Of a stretch of DNA of 64,000 nucleotides, positions 50,457 to 64,000 are shown piece by piece (the first letter of the stretch is position 1; every line of letters begins with the position of its first letter). The notes beneath the pieces are model-generated. The model did no database searches. It saw only the letters and a list, made by a program, of their open reading frames with translations, and was not told the DNA's origin. The stretch spans positions 71,920,001-71,984,000 of the forward strand of contig OX597826.1 in NCBI GenBank assembly GCA_951406725.2. Direction: 5' to 3'. A program made the position numbers and the translations under genes. The DNA comes from Octopus vulgaris. Lineage: Eukaryota.

Positions 50457-51105
50457 TAATCCTTTAGCATTCAGATTACTTTGTCAAATATAATTTTTAT
50501 TTATTCACATTGCTTTGAATTAATCACATCATTATCTCATAGATTCGAGATTTCAATGATGTGATTATATATATTTAGAATGACATTGTAGGGTAGCTGT
50601 GACAGCCCAGTTCTAGCCAGTTTAAACCTGAAATGGCTGGTTTAAATGCTAAAGGATGATACATCATCTGTAAAATCCTAATGAATTTTTCATCCACAAA
50701 TCCATAAAAAAAATCATCAAAGTTTGGGACCTATTTAGCTTAAAAGTTTCCACAATTATTTTGCATAAGAACAACAAATTTCAATTTTCCATTTTTAATT
50801 CATTGTTCTTGTTGTTGTTATTATTTAGCCTTAAGACAACTCTGGTTAAGGAGACTTGTGAATTCTGACCGTGAGCATCTCATCTTTTAACCCTTTTGTT
50901 ACCGTATTTATTTTGAGATGCTCTGTGTTTTTTTCAATTAATTTGAAATATAACAAAGAATTTAAACTTGGTTATCATTCAGTTAGTGTTAGGAAAATAA
51001 ATTGTGACTAAGATTGGGTGGAAGATTTTAATACAAAACTTATGAAAACGAGACATTTGTACTCAGAACCAGAGGCGGTTTCAGCCGGGTTGGTAATGAA
51101 AGGGT
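50457..51105. mobile_element. piggyBac-like MITEs: family E (50457-50668, -) and family F (50887-51105)
   Basis: ttaatcctttagcattcag...aatgctaaagg; TTAAcccttttgttacc...ggtaatgaaaggg. Confidence 0.7.
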
Positions 51106-51541
51106 AAAGAAACAACTTATCTGACACAACATTATTATATGTCCTTATTGTTTTTTAAAGAAAGTAAGCTGTGATCTGGCTGCTATTTCTAGCAGTTTAC
51201 TTCTATACTTTGTATGTTTTCTTTTGTGCTGCCTAAATATCTTCTCCCGTTATATCTTTTACGTGTGGTTGATAACAAAAAATAATATTCTGTTTATGAA
51301 AGAGTAATGATATTTGTTTAAAAAATAATTATCATATATTTATAAATGAATGGAGATGAAAACTGTTGACTAATTTACCAGTAATAATAAAATTAATAAT
51401 AAAATTATTTAGTCTCAAGCTTCATCTTTGATTTTGTTACTGATCCCCAAAAGGAAAATACCATTTCATATTATGTGATGTATAAACATATGTGCCTTGT
51501 GTGTGTATGTATCTATATATATAAATAAATAAATATATCAA

Positions 51542-51576
<35 letters not shown>

Positions 51577-51628
51577 GTATAAGGTAATAATTATAGATAG
51601 ATATAGATATAGATATAGATATAGATGA

Positions 51629-51667
<39 letters not shown>

Positions 51668-51774
51668 TGATTATGAGCCATATTCCCACTGAAAAAAAAA
51701 AAATGGTAATTTTCTCAAATTAAGATTTATCAAAACCAGAAACACCAGTTTAGTTCTATTTTTCTGTTTTATGG

Positions 51775-52165
<391 letters not shown>

Positions 52166-52171
52166 ATATAT

Positions 52172-52226
<55 letters not shown>

Positions 52227-52848
52227 ATTATATATTCATACATAAATATATATATATATAGACATATGTAACGATGATGTATATACAGACACACACACAT
52301 ATGTATATATGTATGTACGTATACATGTATGGATGGATGGATGTATTTATATACACAAAATGCTGACTGTGTTTACAAAAGTTAATATATATATACATAT
52401 ACATATACACAGATGTATGTCTATATATATATATACACGTAAATGGGTGTGTACACACACACACACATGCATATCTTTTTTATAGTTCTTCACTCCTTAG
52501 TGCATCCAGGAATGGTACACCAAATCATTTGTAATATTCGTTTAGCGTATTTTTCTAATAGAGAAATATTTAGAATTGAAGATAACAATATTCCAGATAT
52601 TGTAAGAACTGGTCGAAGTCTGTCTGCAATTCTGATTTCTCTGTTTGATAAACAGGAAACTGGAAAACATAACTATAAAAGAGAAGTGGGGTGGGGGAGA
52701 AGAAAAAGAAGACTACGGTATTCTATTTTTGGACAAATGTAAATCAAATATGATCCCTTGCACAATAAAATATAATTGAATTCTTCAAAAAGTAGGCATA
52801 GTAAAACTTGCATAGCTTAAACTGGCCACACTCTCTTGCCTTATCTAC

Positions 52849-52942
<94 letters not shown>

Positions 52943-52956
52943 TTATATAGATATAC

Positions 52957-53050
<94 letters not shown>

Positions 53051-53515
53051 CATACATATATATATATATATAACATACATATACACATATATTACACATC
53101 CATTCTGTATGCATACTAGACACACATTTATCATACATGTATAGATATATATATACACGTATTTTACATTTCTGTATGAGAGAGTGTATGTGTGTGTGTG
53201 TCTGTGTGTATGTAAGTGTATGTAGGTGTGTGTGTCTGCACATAAGTGTGTATGAGTGTGTTACATGTATGGAACAATGAAACTAAAATAAACATTAAAT
53301 GCAAGAAATGATTCCGCAAAAATATGGAAGATGTCACTCCATCTAATCTAGAAATCCATTATCTGTGGTGGTCATGGGTGTGTTTCAAGGCCAAGGCCAC
53401 CCACCTCTCCCAGGAATGGGGACTTATATATTTCGTTCCACTCTCTGCTGCTAAGAAACTATGGTACATACAATAGAGGGAGATAGCTTACTGTTTCTGC
53501 TTGTGTCTTTGTGGC

Positions 53516-53603
<88 letters not shown>

Positions 53604-53884
53604 CCTGTCTCTATCTATCTCTCTCTATCTATCTGTCTGTCTATCTATCTATCTATCTATCTATATATATATATATATATGTCTATCTGTCTCTCCCTAT
53701 CTCTATCTCTCACTCTTTCACTATATATATATATATATATAGATAGATATGTGTGTGTGTGTGGTTTTGCACACAACTTGCACATGCAAGTGCTACCAGT
53801 CAAAAGCTCTGCATACTGGAAGCCAACAGGTGTATATATAGATCTATCTATCTATATGTATATGTGTGTGTGTGTATATATTAG

Positions 53885-53948
<64 letters not shown>

Positions 53949-53967
53949 TTATATATATATCTATATA

Positions 53968-54003
<36 letters not shown>

Positions 54004-54077
54004 TGTATGTATGTGTGTATGTATGTATGTATGTATGTATGTATATATGTATGTATATATATATGTGTGTGTGTTTG

Positions 54078-54162
<85 letters not shown>

Positions 54163-54171
54163 ATATATTTA

Positions 54172-54571
54172 CGTCTTTTATTTGTCTCAGTTATTGGACT
54201 GCAACCATGCTGGGGTACTACCTTGTTGGGTTTAGTCAAACAATCACCTTCAGCACTTAAAAAAAAGTCTGGCACTTATTCTATTAGTCCCATTTGCTGA
54301 ACCCCTAAATTACTGGAATGTAAACAAACCAACAACGGTTGTCAAGTGGTAAGGCAAGTGACAGTGACAAACACACATACACACAAATGCATACATACAT
54401 ATGCACACACATATACATATATATATAAAACAATTTCTGCCAATCAAATTCACTCACAAGGTATTGGTTGACCCAGGGCTGCATTAGAAGAGACTTGCTC
54501 CAAGGTACCTTGCATTGGAACTGAACCTGAGTCCATGTGGTTGCAAAGTAAGCTTCTTAACCACACAGCCA

Positions 54572-54572
<1 letters not shown>
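54172..54572 (-). mobile_element. SINE family C
   Basis: cagttattggactgcaaccatgctgggg ... (CA)n ... aagcttcttaaccacacagcc. Confidence 0.7.
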
Positions 54573-54605
<33 letters not shown>

Positions 54606-54647
54606 AAGATATATATATACATATATATATATATATACATACATACA

Positions 54648-54683
<36 letters not shown>

Positions 54684-54729
54684 TACAAAGATATATACAT
54701 ACATACATATATATATACAAAGATATATA

Positions 54730-54787
<58 letters not shown>

Positions 54788-55089
54788 AAATATATAAATA
54801 TAAACATATATATATACATTTGTGTACATGTGTCTGGATGTGTATACACATGCTTATACAAAACAAATGTTTTTGTGCATATTTTAATGTTGTTTAATGG
54901 AGATGAAGAAAATGAGCAAAAATAAAATAACAAAATGGCCCCCCAAAAAAAAAAAATATATATATATATATATAAAACAATGAAGACTAATTAATTAGAT
55001 GCTTTGTCCAGTTATATCTTAAAAGTCTGATTAAGAATGACAATGATGACAACTACAACAACCATGATGATGATGATGATGATGATGGG

Positions 55090-57148
55090 TTTTTATATTG
55101 GTGGCACAAGACCACATATTTAGAAGGAGGATACAATCTATAAAATCACCCACCACTACCACCATCATAACAATCACCACCACCACCACCATCACCACCA
55201 TCACCACATCTATTAGTACATGACTAGTATTTCATTTTACCAAACCTCGGAAGCAACATTGATTTTCCACAAGTACTCAACTCAGAATGTAAAAGAATGT
55301 GCCACAATTTCACATGATGATTCCATATACTGACCTACCCTTACCACTATCCCTAATCTAAACTGATAATAGTCTCAAAGTTTGGCTCAAGGCCAGCAAG
55401 GTTGGTGGAGACTGGGTGAGTTGATTACATTGATCTCAATACTTAACTGGTATTTACTTCATCGACCCTGAGAGGATGAAAGGAAAAGTCCACTTTGGCG
55501 GAATTTTGAAATCAGAAAGAGTGGCTGTGTGGAAAGTAGCTTGCTTACCAACCAACCAGGTTCAGTCCTACTGCGTGGCACCTTGAGCAAGTGTCTTCTA
55601 TTATAGCCTCGGGCCTACTAAGGTCTTGAGGTGGATTTGGTAGATGGAAACTGAAAGAAGCCTGTCGAGTATGTACATATATATATATATATATGTTTGT
55701 GTATATGTTTGTCTCCCCAACATCACTTGACAACCGATGCTGGTGTGTTTACATCCCCGTAACTTAGCAGTTTGGCAAGAGAGACTAATAAAATAAGTAC
55801 TAGGCTTCCAAAGAATAAGTCCTGGGGTTGATTTGCTCGACTAAAGGCAGTGCTCCAGCATGGCCACAATCAACTGACTGAAACAATTAAAAGAGTTAAA
55901 GAATAAAAAGCTTTTTTGCCCAGTGTACCAACGATTCTGCCAGCTCTCCATCCTTTTGCTGGCTCACTATCCTGATAATCTAATTGATATTACAATTAAC
56001 TATTGCTCTATTGATATGCCAACCATTGGAATCAGTAATAATAATAGTGATTCTGATATAAGTACAAGCTAACATCTTTTAAAGGAGGGATGTAGCTGAT
56101 AAAATCCATCAATGCTCTATCAATAATATCATCTGTCACAGTCGATAATAACAGTGAGTCTGATATTGGCACAAGCCCAGACATTTTAAAGAAAGGGTCT
56201 TGTGGTCTCATACAAAATACTTCATCTGTGATATACTGTTCAACTGTACAGTGAATTTAATGGAGGGATTGAGCTGATGTGTGACACAAACATTTGGTTG
56301 CCATAAACAACAAATCCTTTGTACAGGCTGTTCATTAAGAGATTGTTGAACCAACTTTCTTGGACTCAAGAGATTATCAATAACGCTTAAATGGAACTCA
56401 TGTTGTTTTGTTATTGTCCCCTGAAGGAGGAAATGCAACTTCAACTTTGTTCAAATTTGACCTCAGAATGCAAAGGAACATAACTAAATTCTGTAAGGAA
56501 TTTTATCCACAATTCTACTGGTTCTTCTAAATACCATTCCACTGATTTTGCCATCTACTACTCCACTAATAATAACACCCACTAGCCTCCATAATAATTG
56601 GCTCACATATTACTGGTATTTTTGTTTCCATTGAACCTGAGAGAAGGAAGTCTACAGGGACCTTGCAGAGATTTCAACTGATAAGGCCAGCAATTTTGAG
56701 GGCCTCCTCAGTTGATTACATCAACTGTCCCAATCGATATAAATGTATCTGTCAAGACCTACCATAAAAGAGCAAAAGGAAAGTTGACCATGGCAGAATT
56801 TGAACTCAGAAAGTGAAGATGGACAAAATGCCGCTACACATTTTACCTGGTATGCTAACAATTCTGCCGCCCCCTTAAATAATAATAATAATAATAAATA
56901 ATAATAATAATAATGACAATAATAATTATAATGATAATAATCCTTGCTACTATAGACACAAGGCCTGAAACTCTGAGGGAAGGGGATTACATCGACCCCA
57001 GTGTTTTACTGGTACTTAATTTATTGACCCCGAAAGGATGAAAGGCAAAGTCAACCTCATCAGGATTTGAACTAAGAATGTAAAGATGGATGAAATACCG
57101 CTAAGCATATCACCTGGTGTGCTAACAATTCTGCCAGCTCACCACCTT
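55090..57148 (-). mobile_element. Co-oriented cluster of family A SINEs; one is split by a full + strand family C SINE (55521-55900)
   Basis: Repeated ggatgaaagg(c/a)aaagtc...tttgaact modules; C copy runs gtggctgtgtggaaagtagcttgc ... gctccagcatggccacaatcaactgactgaaac. Confidence 0.7.
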
Positions 57149-57149
57149 G

Positions 57150-57203
<54 letters not shown>

Positions 57204-58099
57204 GCATCACCAGCATCACCACCACCACCACCATCAAATTAAATGTCAGTGAGTGTCAGTCTATAAGTAGGTGGAGTGGTACGCTGCTAGCAGAGTGCCA
57301 GGTCTAAATGTCTTGCAGTCTTTCGTTCTTGTTGAGTGAAAGAGCAAGTTGAGTGGCAGAGATGGAAGAACATAACATCACAATGTCAATTTTCTTGCAT
57401 TTCTAAAGTAAAGAAACTTGTCCAACACAATTTTATCTCCCACTCCCCCAGGGTCAATGAAATATGTATCGACAATATCTTCAGGTTGAAGCGGATTCAA
57501 TTCACTGCTATAATTATACTATATAAATATATGTATGTATATATATATATATCTACTATAATAATACCCTTGTGTGTTTCTCTGTCACAACATGAATGAG
57601 AAAGGAAGGGGTAATGGCAAACTTGGTAGTGGGATGATGGAAACTGTATGTTGAAAAAAGAAATCAAACAGCATTTCAACTCTGTGTGTGTGTATGTAAA
57701 AGGGAGTCATGTGAATGTTTGTGTGTGTGTATGATAAGCATGAGAAAGAAAGAAAGAAAGAAAAGAAAGAAAGAAAGGAACGAACTGTTGTAGTTTTCAT
57801 ACTTTACTGAGAGGTTTATCAACAACTGAAATGTAATATATGATAATGAGGGCTGAAACAAGATCTTCAACTCTCATCACTAACAACTTATTGATGTAGA
57901 ACCACCAACACCACCAACACCAACAACAACAACAACAACAACCTCCACCATGTCCACCAGCATCACTACCATGGCTATTAAAATACCAAGACTATCATCC
58001 CCGTGTATGTGTGTGTACATGTGTGTGTGTGTATACATACATATATATGCATGAATCTGTGTATGTGCATGTCTGTGTGCGTGTGATATGAATAGAAAC

Positions 58100-58390
58100 T
58101 ACATAACTCCAAGGAACTGGAGAGAAGGGCATTATCATCGGTAACACCGTCTGAACAAACTCAGATGGGCTGGTCATGTTGTATGGTGCATCGATAATCG
58201 GTGGACCTGTGCAATTGTTGTGCAAGCAAAAATGACCATTGGGAAGGCTTCCGTTCAGATGGATTGACGACAGTAAGAGAATAATGGGACCAAAATGGAG
58301 AAGGAGGGCAACATAAAGAATGGAATGGAGGAAATGCTGTGGCCAACAGATTCAAAGCTCATCTGACAGTCTGAGCAAGTTAAGGTAATC
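58100..58390 (+). mobile_element. RTE LINE ORF 3' end remnant
   Basis: KLRWAGHVVWCIDNRWT...K*PLGRLPFRWIDD...W...A..R..W matches the RTE RWAGH/GRPxxRW signature; in-frame stops. Confidence 0.8.
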
Positions 58391-58699
58391 AGAGTGATGT
58401 AATCCCAGACTATGGCTTAGTTCTGTCTGCCAATTGGACACATCAAGTGGCTTTAAAAAATTACTTTCAAACCAACTGAAGAGTATAAGTGACCAAGTGG
58501 ACAAAACCATTGTTCAAATTAGGTGATCCTTGTTTTTCTGACATTAAATTAGCATATATAAGGCTCTGCACTACAAACATGATGCTGTATTGAGAACTCA
58601 CTTTTACACCTTTGTATTATAATATACACACACGAGCATATATATATATGTGTGTGTAACGTATGTATATTTGTACTATCTTTTTATTTGTGGTTTAAC

Positions 58700-58822
58700 C
58701 AGGCTACCATTGGTTTTATGTTAAGAGGGTTTATCTCTTAACAATTATCAAGCCTATTTCTTGAGGCTTTGATAATTGTTAAGAGATACACCTCTCTTAA
58801 CATGAAACCAATGGTAGCCTTG
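58700..58822. repeat. Foldback element, same family as 2-177
   Basis: aggctaccattggttttatgttaagag...acaattatcaagcc / ggctttgataattgt...ctcttaacatgaaaccaatggtagcct. Confidence 0.8.
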
Positions 58823-58878
58823 TTAATATTTATCTACCAATGCAGTGTTGAGCACTTATTCTCACTGTTCAATATTAG

Positions 58879-58911
<33 letters not shown>

Positions 58912-59288
58912 TTGTCTGTCTGTCTTTCACACAAGCAAACAAATCATTACACATGTATATACATTTACAGAGAAGACGAAAATAATACAATATTAATGAA
59001 AAACAAATTTATTTTAAAATGGAAGGAAAGAAAAATTGAATGAATGAAAGAAAGAACGAAAGAAAAAGAAGAATGATAACAACAACAACGACAGAAAGTT
59101 AAAATATTTTTCAGCAAAAAGTGAAAGAAAAAGATGGAAAATTGCAGTGAGATATTTTAAGATCGTTTTAATGGAGAAATTATAAAAAGTGTATAATGGA
59201 GGGCGAGGTGTTCACTTGTCGTATGACTATAGAGGTGGGGTGTGTTTATGTGGAGTAGGGAGGGGGTATTTCTGAAATATATATATAT

Positions 59289-59318
<30 letters not shown>

Positions 59319-59321
<3 letters not shown>

Positions 59322-59584
59322 CCAGTGGTAGAGTAATATGCTTTATTTTAAGCAGCAGAAAATTCAACAAAATCTTTACTCTGAGTTTCTCGTTGCCGTT
59401 CATCAGACAGTTTTTGCTAGAATGGCAAAAACTGCCATTCTAGCAAAAACTGTCTGATGAACAGCAACGAGAAACTCAGAGTAACAGATTTTGTTGAATT
59501 TTCTGCTGCTTAAAATAAAGCATATTACTCTACCACTGGTATTTGAGTACTCTTTTTCCACCTTGTTTCACATTTATGTGTTTA

Positions 59585-59585
<1 letters not shown>
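59319..59585. mobile_element. Foldback element (~110-bp arms, 59319-59542) with mirrored hammerhead motifs and a ~45-bp one-sided tail, in (TA)n
   Basis: Near-perfect palindrome centred at about 59430; + arm ctgt-ctgatga-acagcaacga-gaaac-tcaga-gta-acag. Confidence 0.85.
59450..59487 (+). ncRNA. Minimal type-I hammerhead motif
   Basis: Stem I CUGU/ACAG, core CUGAUGA and GAAAC, GUA triplet; stem II is weakened here, while the mirror arm retains CG-GCAA-CG. Confidence 0.6.
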
Positions 59586-59638
<53 letters not shown>

Positions 59639-61049
59639 GAAAGACAGATAGATAGAGAGAGAGAAAGAGAGAGGTTGTTACAAAGACAAAGAGAGAGAAG
59701 TAAAAAACAGAGAGGAGGAAGATAAAGAGAAAAAGAAGGGGAGAGAGAGAAATGCAAGTTGTTTAGCATATTTGTATTAAAAAAAAATCATAAGAAAGCC
59801 GGATTAATTAAGTTTTATATTGTACTTTAGTTTTGTTTAATTACATTAACGATGAACAAGAAATGTCAGTTTATGATGCTGGTAGTCATGATGGAGGTAG
59901 TGGTGGTGGTGGTGGTGGTTGTGATGGACAAAACGATGACGATGGTGGTGGTGGTGGTATAAATATGTGTATGGCACACATAATGTATGACAGCACTTTT
60001 AAAACATTTCTCAGTGCAAAAATCATATCTCCGGTTCAAGTATTGTGATTGAATTCCACTCTGTGGTGACTGTGCCATACTGTCAAGTGTAGTGACCATT
60101 CCGATCTATCGGTTGTAGTGACCAATACCACTGCATATGTTTATGCATAATACTGTTTGAAGACATAGTCTTATCTGTTCTGGATGTCATCATATGCATG
60201 TGTGTGTGCTTGCATGTGTGTGTGTATACATATATGTATGCATATATATGTCCACATCAAAGTCAATGACATAACTCCAAGTAGATTATGAAACAGCTGT
60301 AAACTCCACAGAAGTATTAAAATGCTTGTCTTTTACTTCTTCATGTTTTATTTGCTTTTTTATGTGTGTGTTTGTATACATGTATGTATGTGTCTCTATA
60401 AATAAAGTTTTTGAATATCTTATCCTCATTTTTTTTACTGTTTCAGTTTATGAAAAAATAAACCAAAAAACTTTTCTAATATTACAAAGAGAAAGTGGAA
60501 ACCTAAAAAGTAATGGAATTTAAGAATAGGATGGAAATGGAATGGCAGTGGAAGAAATTTTTGGGAAGTATGACTTTAATTCCTTCTAAGGGACACACAG
60601 ATTTAAAAGAGTGAAATTTTAAAGAAAATAACTGTAAAATACCATATTTTTAATAAAGTAACACCTACAAAATTCAGCAGTAGATAAAGATTTTAAGAAT
60701 TGAGATAAATTATGTTTGAAATACAAAGGAAGGAATTAGTAGTAAGATATTAGAAAAATGTATGTTTTTTTTTTTTTGAAGGAGTAAATTAATTTAGTTA
60801 AGGTAAAGAAAATTTATGGCCATGTAAAATAATAAAATGTAAAAAAAAAATTTAGGAGACATATAAGTTATGGGAATATTAAAATTTGTTAAAATAAGAA
60901 GTTAACACAGATTAAAGCGAGAAATCATAGTTGTTAAATGAGAATTCTCTTTTAAATTATTTTACTCTGGAAAGCAGATTTATCTCCATGTGTCTAACAC
61001 ACGTGGACATGCCTACAAAGTCAGAAAGTGCACCTGAGCACTGTACACA

Positions 61050-61087
<38 letters not shown>

Positions 61088-61589
61088 CCTCACAAAATTT
61101 AAGGAATGTTATGGTTGGAACTTGTTTTTTTTATGAGTTATGTGAAGTTTATAGAAGCAACATGACTGGGAGAAAATACCAATTGTATTTTTTAGGCAGA
61201 TATTTAACATCATTACTGAAATAATAACCATGAAATTTAATTTTGCAGTAAAAGGGTTAAATACAACAAAGTTACCATATGAAATTCTGGTGATATGGTC
61301 TGAAGGGGTTAAAAAAATGTTCTATAAAGGATTTGTACCATATTAGATAGAGAATATTAAATGATGGTTAAAGGTTGAGAAACTAAACTTGACATATACA
61401 GATTCTTACTGTCTTAGAATAATTTTATAAATGGTAAAAGACACACAGAAATTAAAAAGCACATAGATGAGAGATAAATTAAATAGGATTAAAAAAATCT
61501 GTAAATGGCAAAGATAAATTAAGAAGATACAAAGTGAAAATATACAAAAATATGCACAAATACATATGCCTATAAAATGTATAACTCTA

Positions 61590-62107
61590 AATATATATAT
61601 ATACATATATATATATACATATATATATATACACGCATAAATATATGTACATATATAAATACATATATATATAAATATAGATAGACAGATATACACATGT
61701 ACACACATACATTAATTCATACTTGCACATTCATGTGTGCTTACACTCACATTCATACACACACACTTTGTATGTTTATACAAAGCTATACACTCATACC
61801 AGTACAGACATATTCATACACATACCTATTACATAAACATAACGCTATGGTGCCTAAGAATATGCATTTAAATGATATTGCATCCATACACATCCATCCA
61901 CGGATACATACACATACAAAAGCAAACATGCACAAAAGTGCTTATAATAAAACCCTCATAACGCACACACACACAAACACACACCAACGCGAATACATAT
62001 TCATATAAATACAAATATTATCAGACATATGCATATAGTAGTATAAGCAAAAACATACAAATATACATACATATACATATATATATATAAACACATACAT
62101 ACATATC

Positions 62108-62140
<33 letters not shown>

Positions 62141-62157
62141 GCAGATATATATATGCA

Positions 62158-62210
<53 letters not shown>

Positions 62211-62257
62211 GATATCTATATCTATATATACATATATATATATATATACACACACAC

Positions 62258-62297
<40 letters not shown>

Positions 62298-62600
62298 TAT
62301 AGATATATGCAGATATATAAATGCACACATAATGGCAGGATTAATTAGGCTAAGTAAAGGAATCTTCGATCTTTCCGTTAATGGAGGAGAAAAGCAGAGT
62401 ATGAATTAAATTTAGGAAAAGAGAGGGAAGCCTTGGTGAATGATGCAGTTTAACTCTTTGTACAGCAGATTAAAAAGGAGTTGCAAGGAAAATTAGCAAC
62501 ATATTAAACACATGCACACATATACACACATGTATATGTATATATATATATGCCCATGTATGTATGCCTGTATGTATGTGTGTGTGTGAGGTGTATATAG

Positions 62601-62653
<53 letters not shown>

Positions 62654-62889
62654 ATTCTGATGAATCTTCCATACAGCTGTGCTGATCTCCAATTCAAGCA
62701 TCTTGTAAGCTGTAAATAACCATTGAAATGTAAAGTACTGTACTCTGCTGTTAAATGTATTGAGTACTTTTTATGGTTTAAACACCTCAGGTGACAAAAA
62801 CGAGCTTCCATTTGTTAGAATCCTGCCTCAAAGAGTTTCCCATCCAAACCTGTGCTAGCATGGAAAAACAGACGTCAAACAAGGAAAGA

Positions 62890-62938
<49 letters not shown>

Positions 62939-63139
62939 CATGTATACACATACACACAAATATGTGTGTTTGTGTGTGTGTGTGTATATATATGTATGTA
63001 TATGTATATATGTATAATATATATATATGGTATATATATATATATATATATATGAAATATACATTATATATTATATATGTATATTATGTATAAATATATG
63101 TATTATACACATATATCATGAATGTATACATGTATATGC

Positions 63140-63186
<47 letters not shown>

Positions 63187-63666
63187 TTAAACATTGTTAC
63201 TGACTAGAAATAAAATACAGATTGTATTGTGGTGGTGGCGGTTGTGGTGGTGCTGATGGTGGTCAGAGTGGTGATGGCCATTGTGGTAGTAGTTGGTGGG
63301 TTGGGGGTCAGAAAGTTGTCCTGTGGCTGAAGTCGTCATTGTAATGTCCTGTAGCTCGGTCCCCAAATCTCAAATAGCAGAAATAAATTGTATTTAGTGA
63401 ACACAATATGTGGTTAAGTAAATTATCATTCGAGATTATGGCTGGAAGACAGAATTAGCAGAAGAACGGGAGAAATGAAGAAAATAACTCCAATCATGTT
63501 AAATATATTATTATCATTATTATTATTATTATTATTATTATTTGTGGCCTTTCTTCATTTGATAATATCTAATCTCGACTGTGTTTTATTTTACGGCTAT
63601 TTAAACAAGCAGAGATAGAGAGAGAAAGAGAGACAGGTTATGTATATATATATATGTATGTGTATG

Positions 63667-63757
<91 letters not shown>

Positions 63758-64000
63758 TTAGAAGGTTTGGAGATGATGTACAGGTATTATATATTAGAAG
63801 AAATGAGGAACTCATTTCTTCTAATATACATACATACATATGTATATATATGCATATATATACATACATATGTATATATGTATATATATATATATATACA
63901 TACATATATATACATATACATAGATATACACATACATATATATATATACATACATACATATACATATACATATAGATATACACATACATACATATATATA
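61590..64000. repeat. Dense (TA)n/(CA)n/(TATG)n microsatellite region (similar blocks at 30355-30960, 33744-34935, 39146-39780, 44215-45130, 48090-48790, 52050-54790)
   Basis: Direct reading; these tracts explain the YI/CV/HT-rich ORFs. Confidence 0.9.

Noticed and set aside
63190-63345. His-rich 50-aa minus-strand ORF (MTTSATGQ...HHH)
   Set aside because: Derived from degenerate (CAC)n repeats; no supporting splice or homology evidence.

Overview
AT-rich, microsatellite- and SINE-dense animal genomic DNA. The repeat families resemble those of octopod cephalopods (inference). Positions 729-22571 (+) hold the last 13 coding exons of a HECTD3-type HECT E3 ubiquitin ligase. All introns are GT-AG and phase-consistent, giving 1591 coding nt (~529 aa plus stop); the 5' part of the gene lies upstream of the window. 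The remainder is intronic or intergenic. It contains several SINE families, Tc1/mariner, piggyBac-like and hAT MITEs, a Helitron, CR1/L2-like and RTE LINE fragments, a possible solo LTR and a decayed Penelope-like GIY-YIG endonuclease. The most striking unexplained layer is a set of short elements, often folded back as long palindromes and usually sitting in (TA)n/(CA)n tracts. They carry type-I hammerhead ribozyme motifs from several sequence families, and one motif (18426-18515, - strand) has a fully intact core. Almost all ORFs in the supplied track are microsatellite artefacts.
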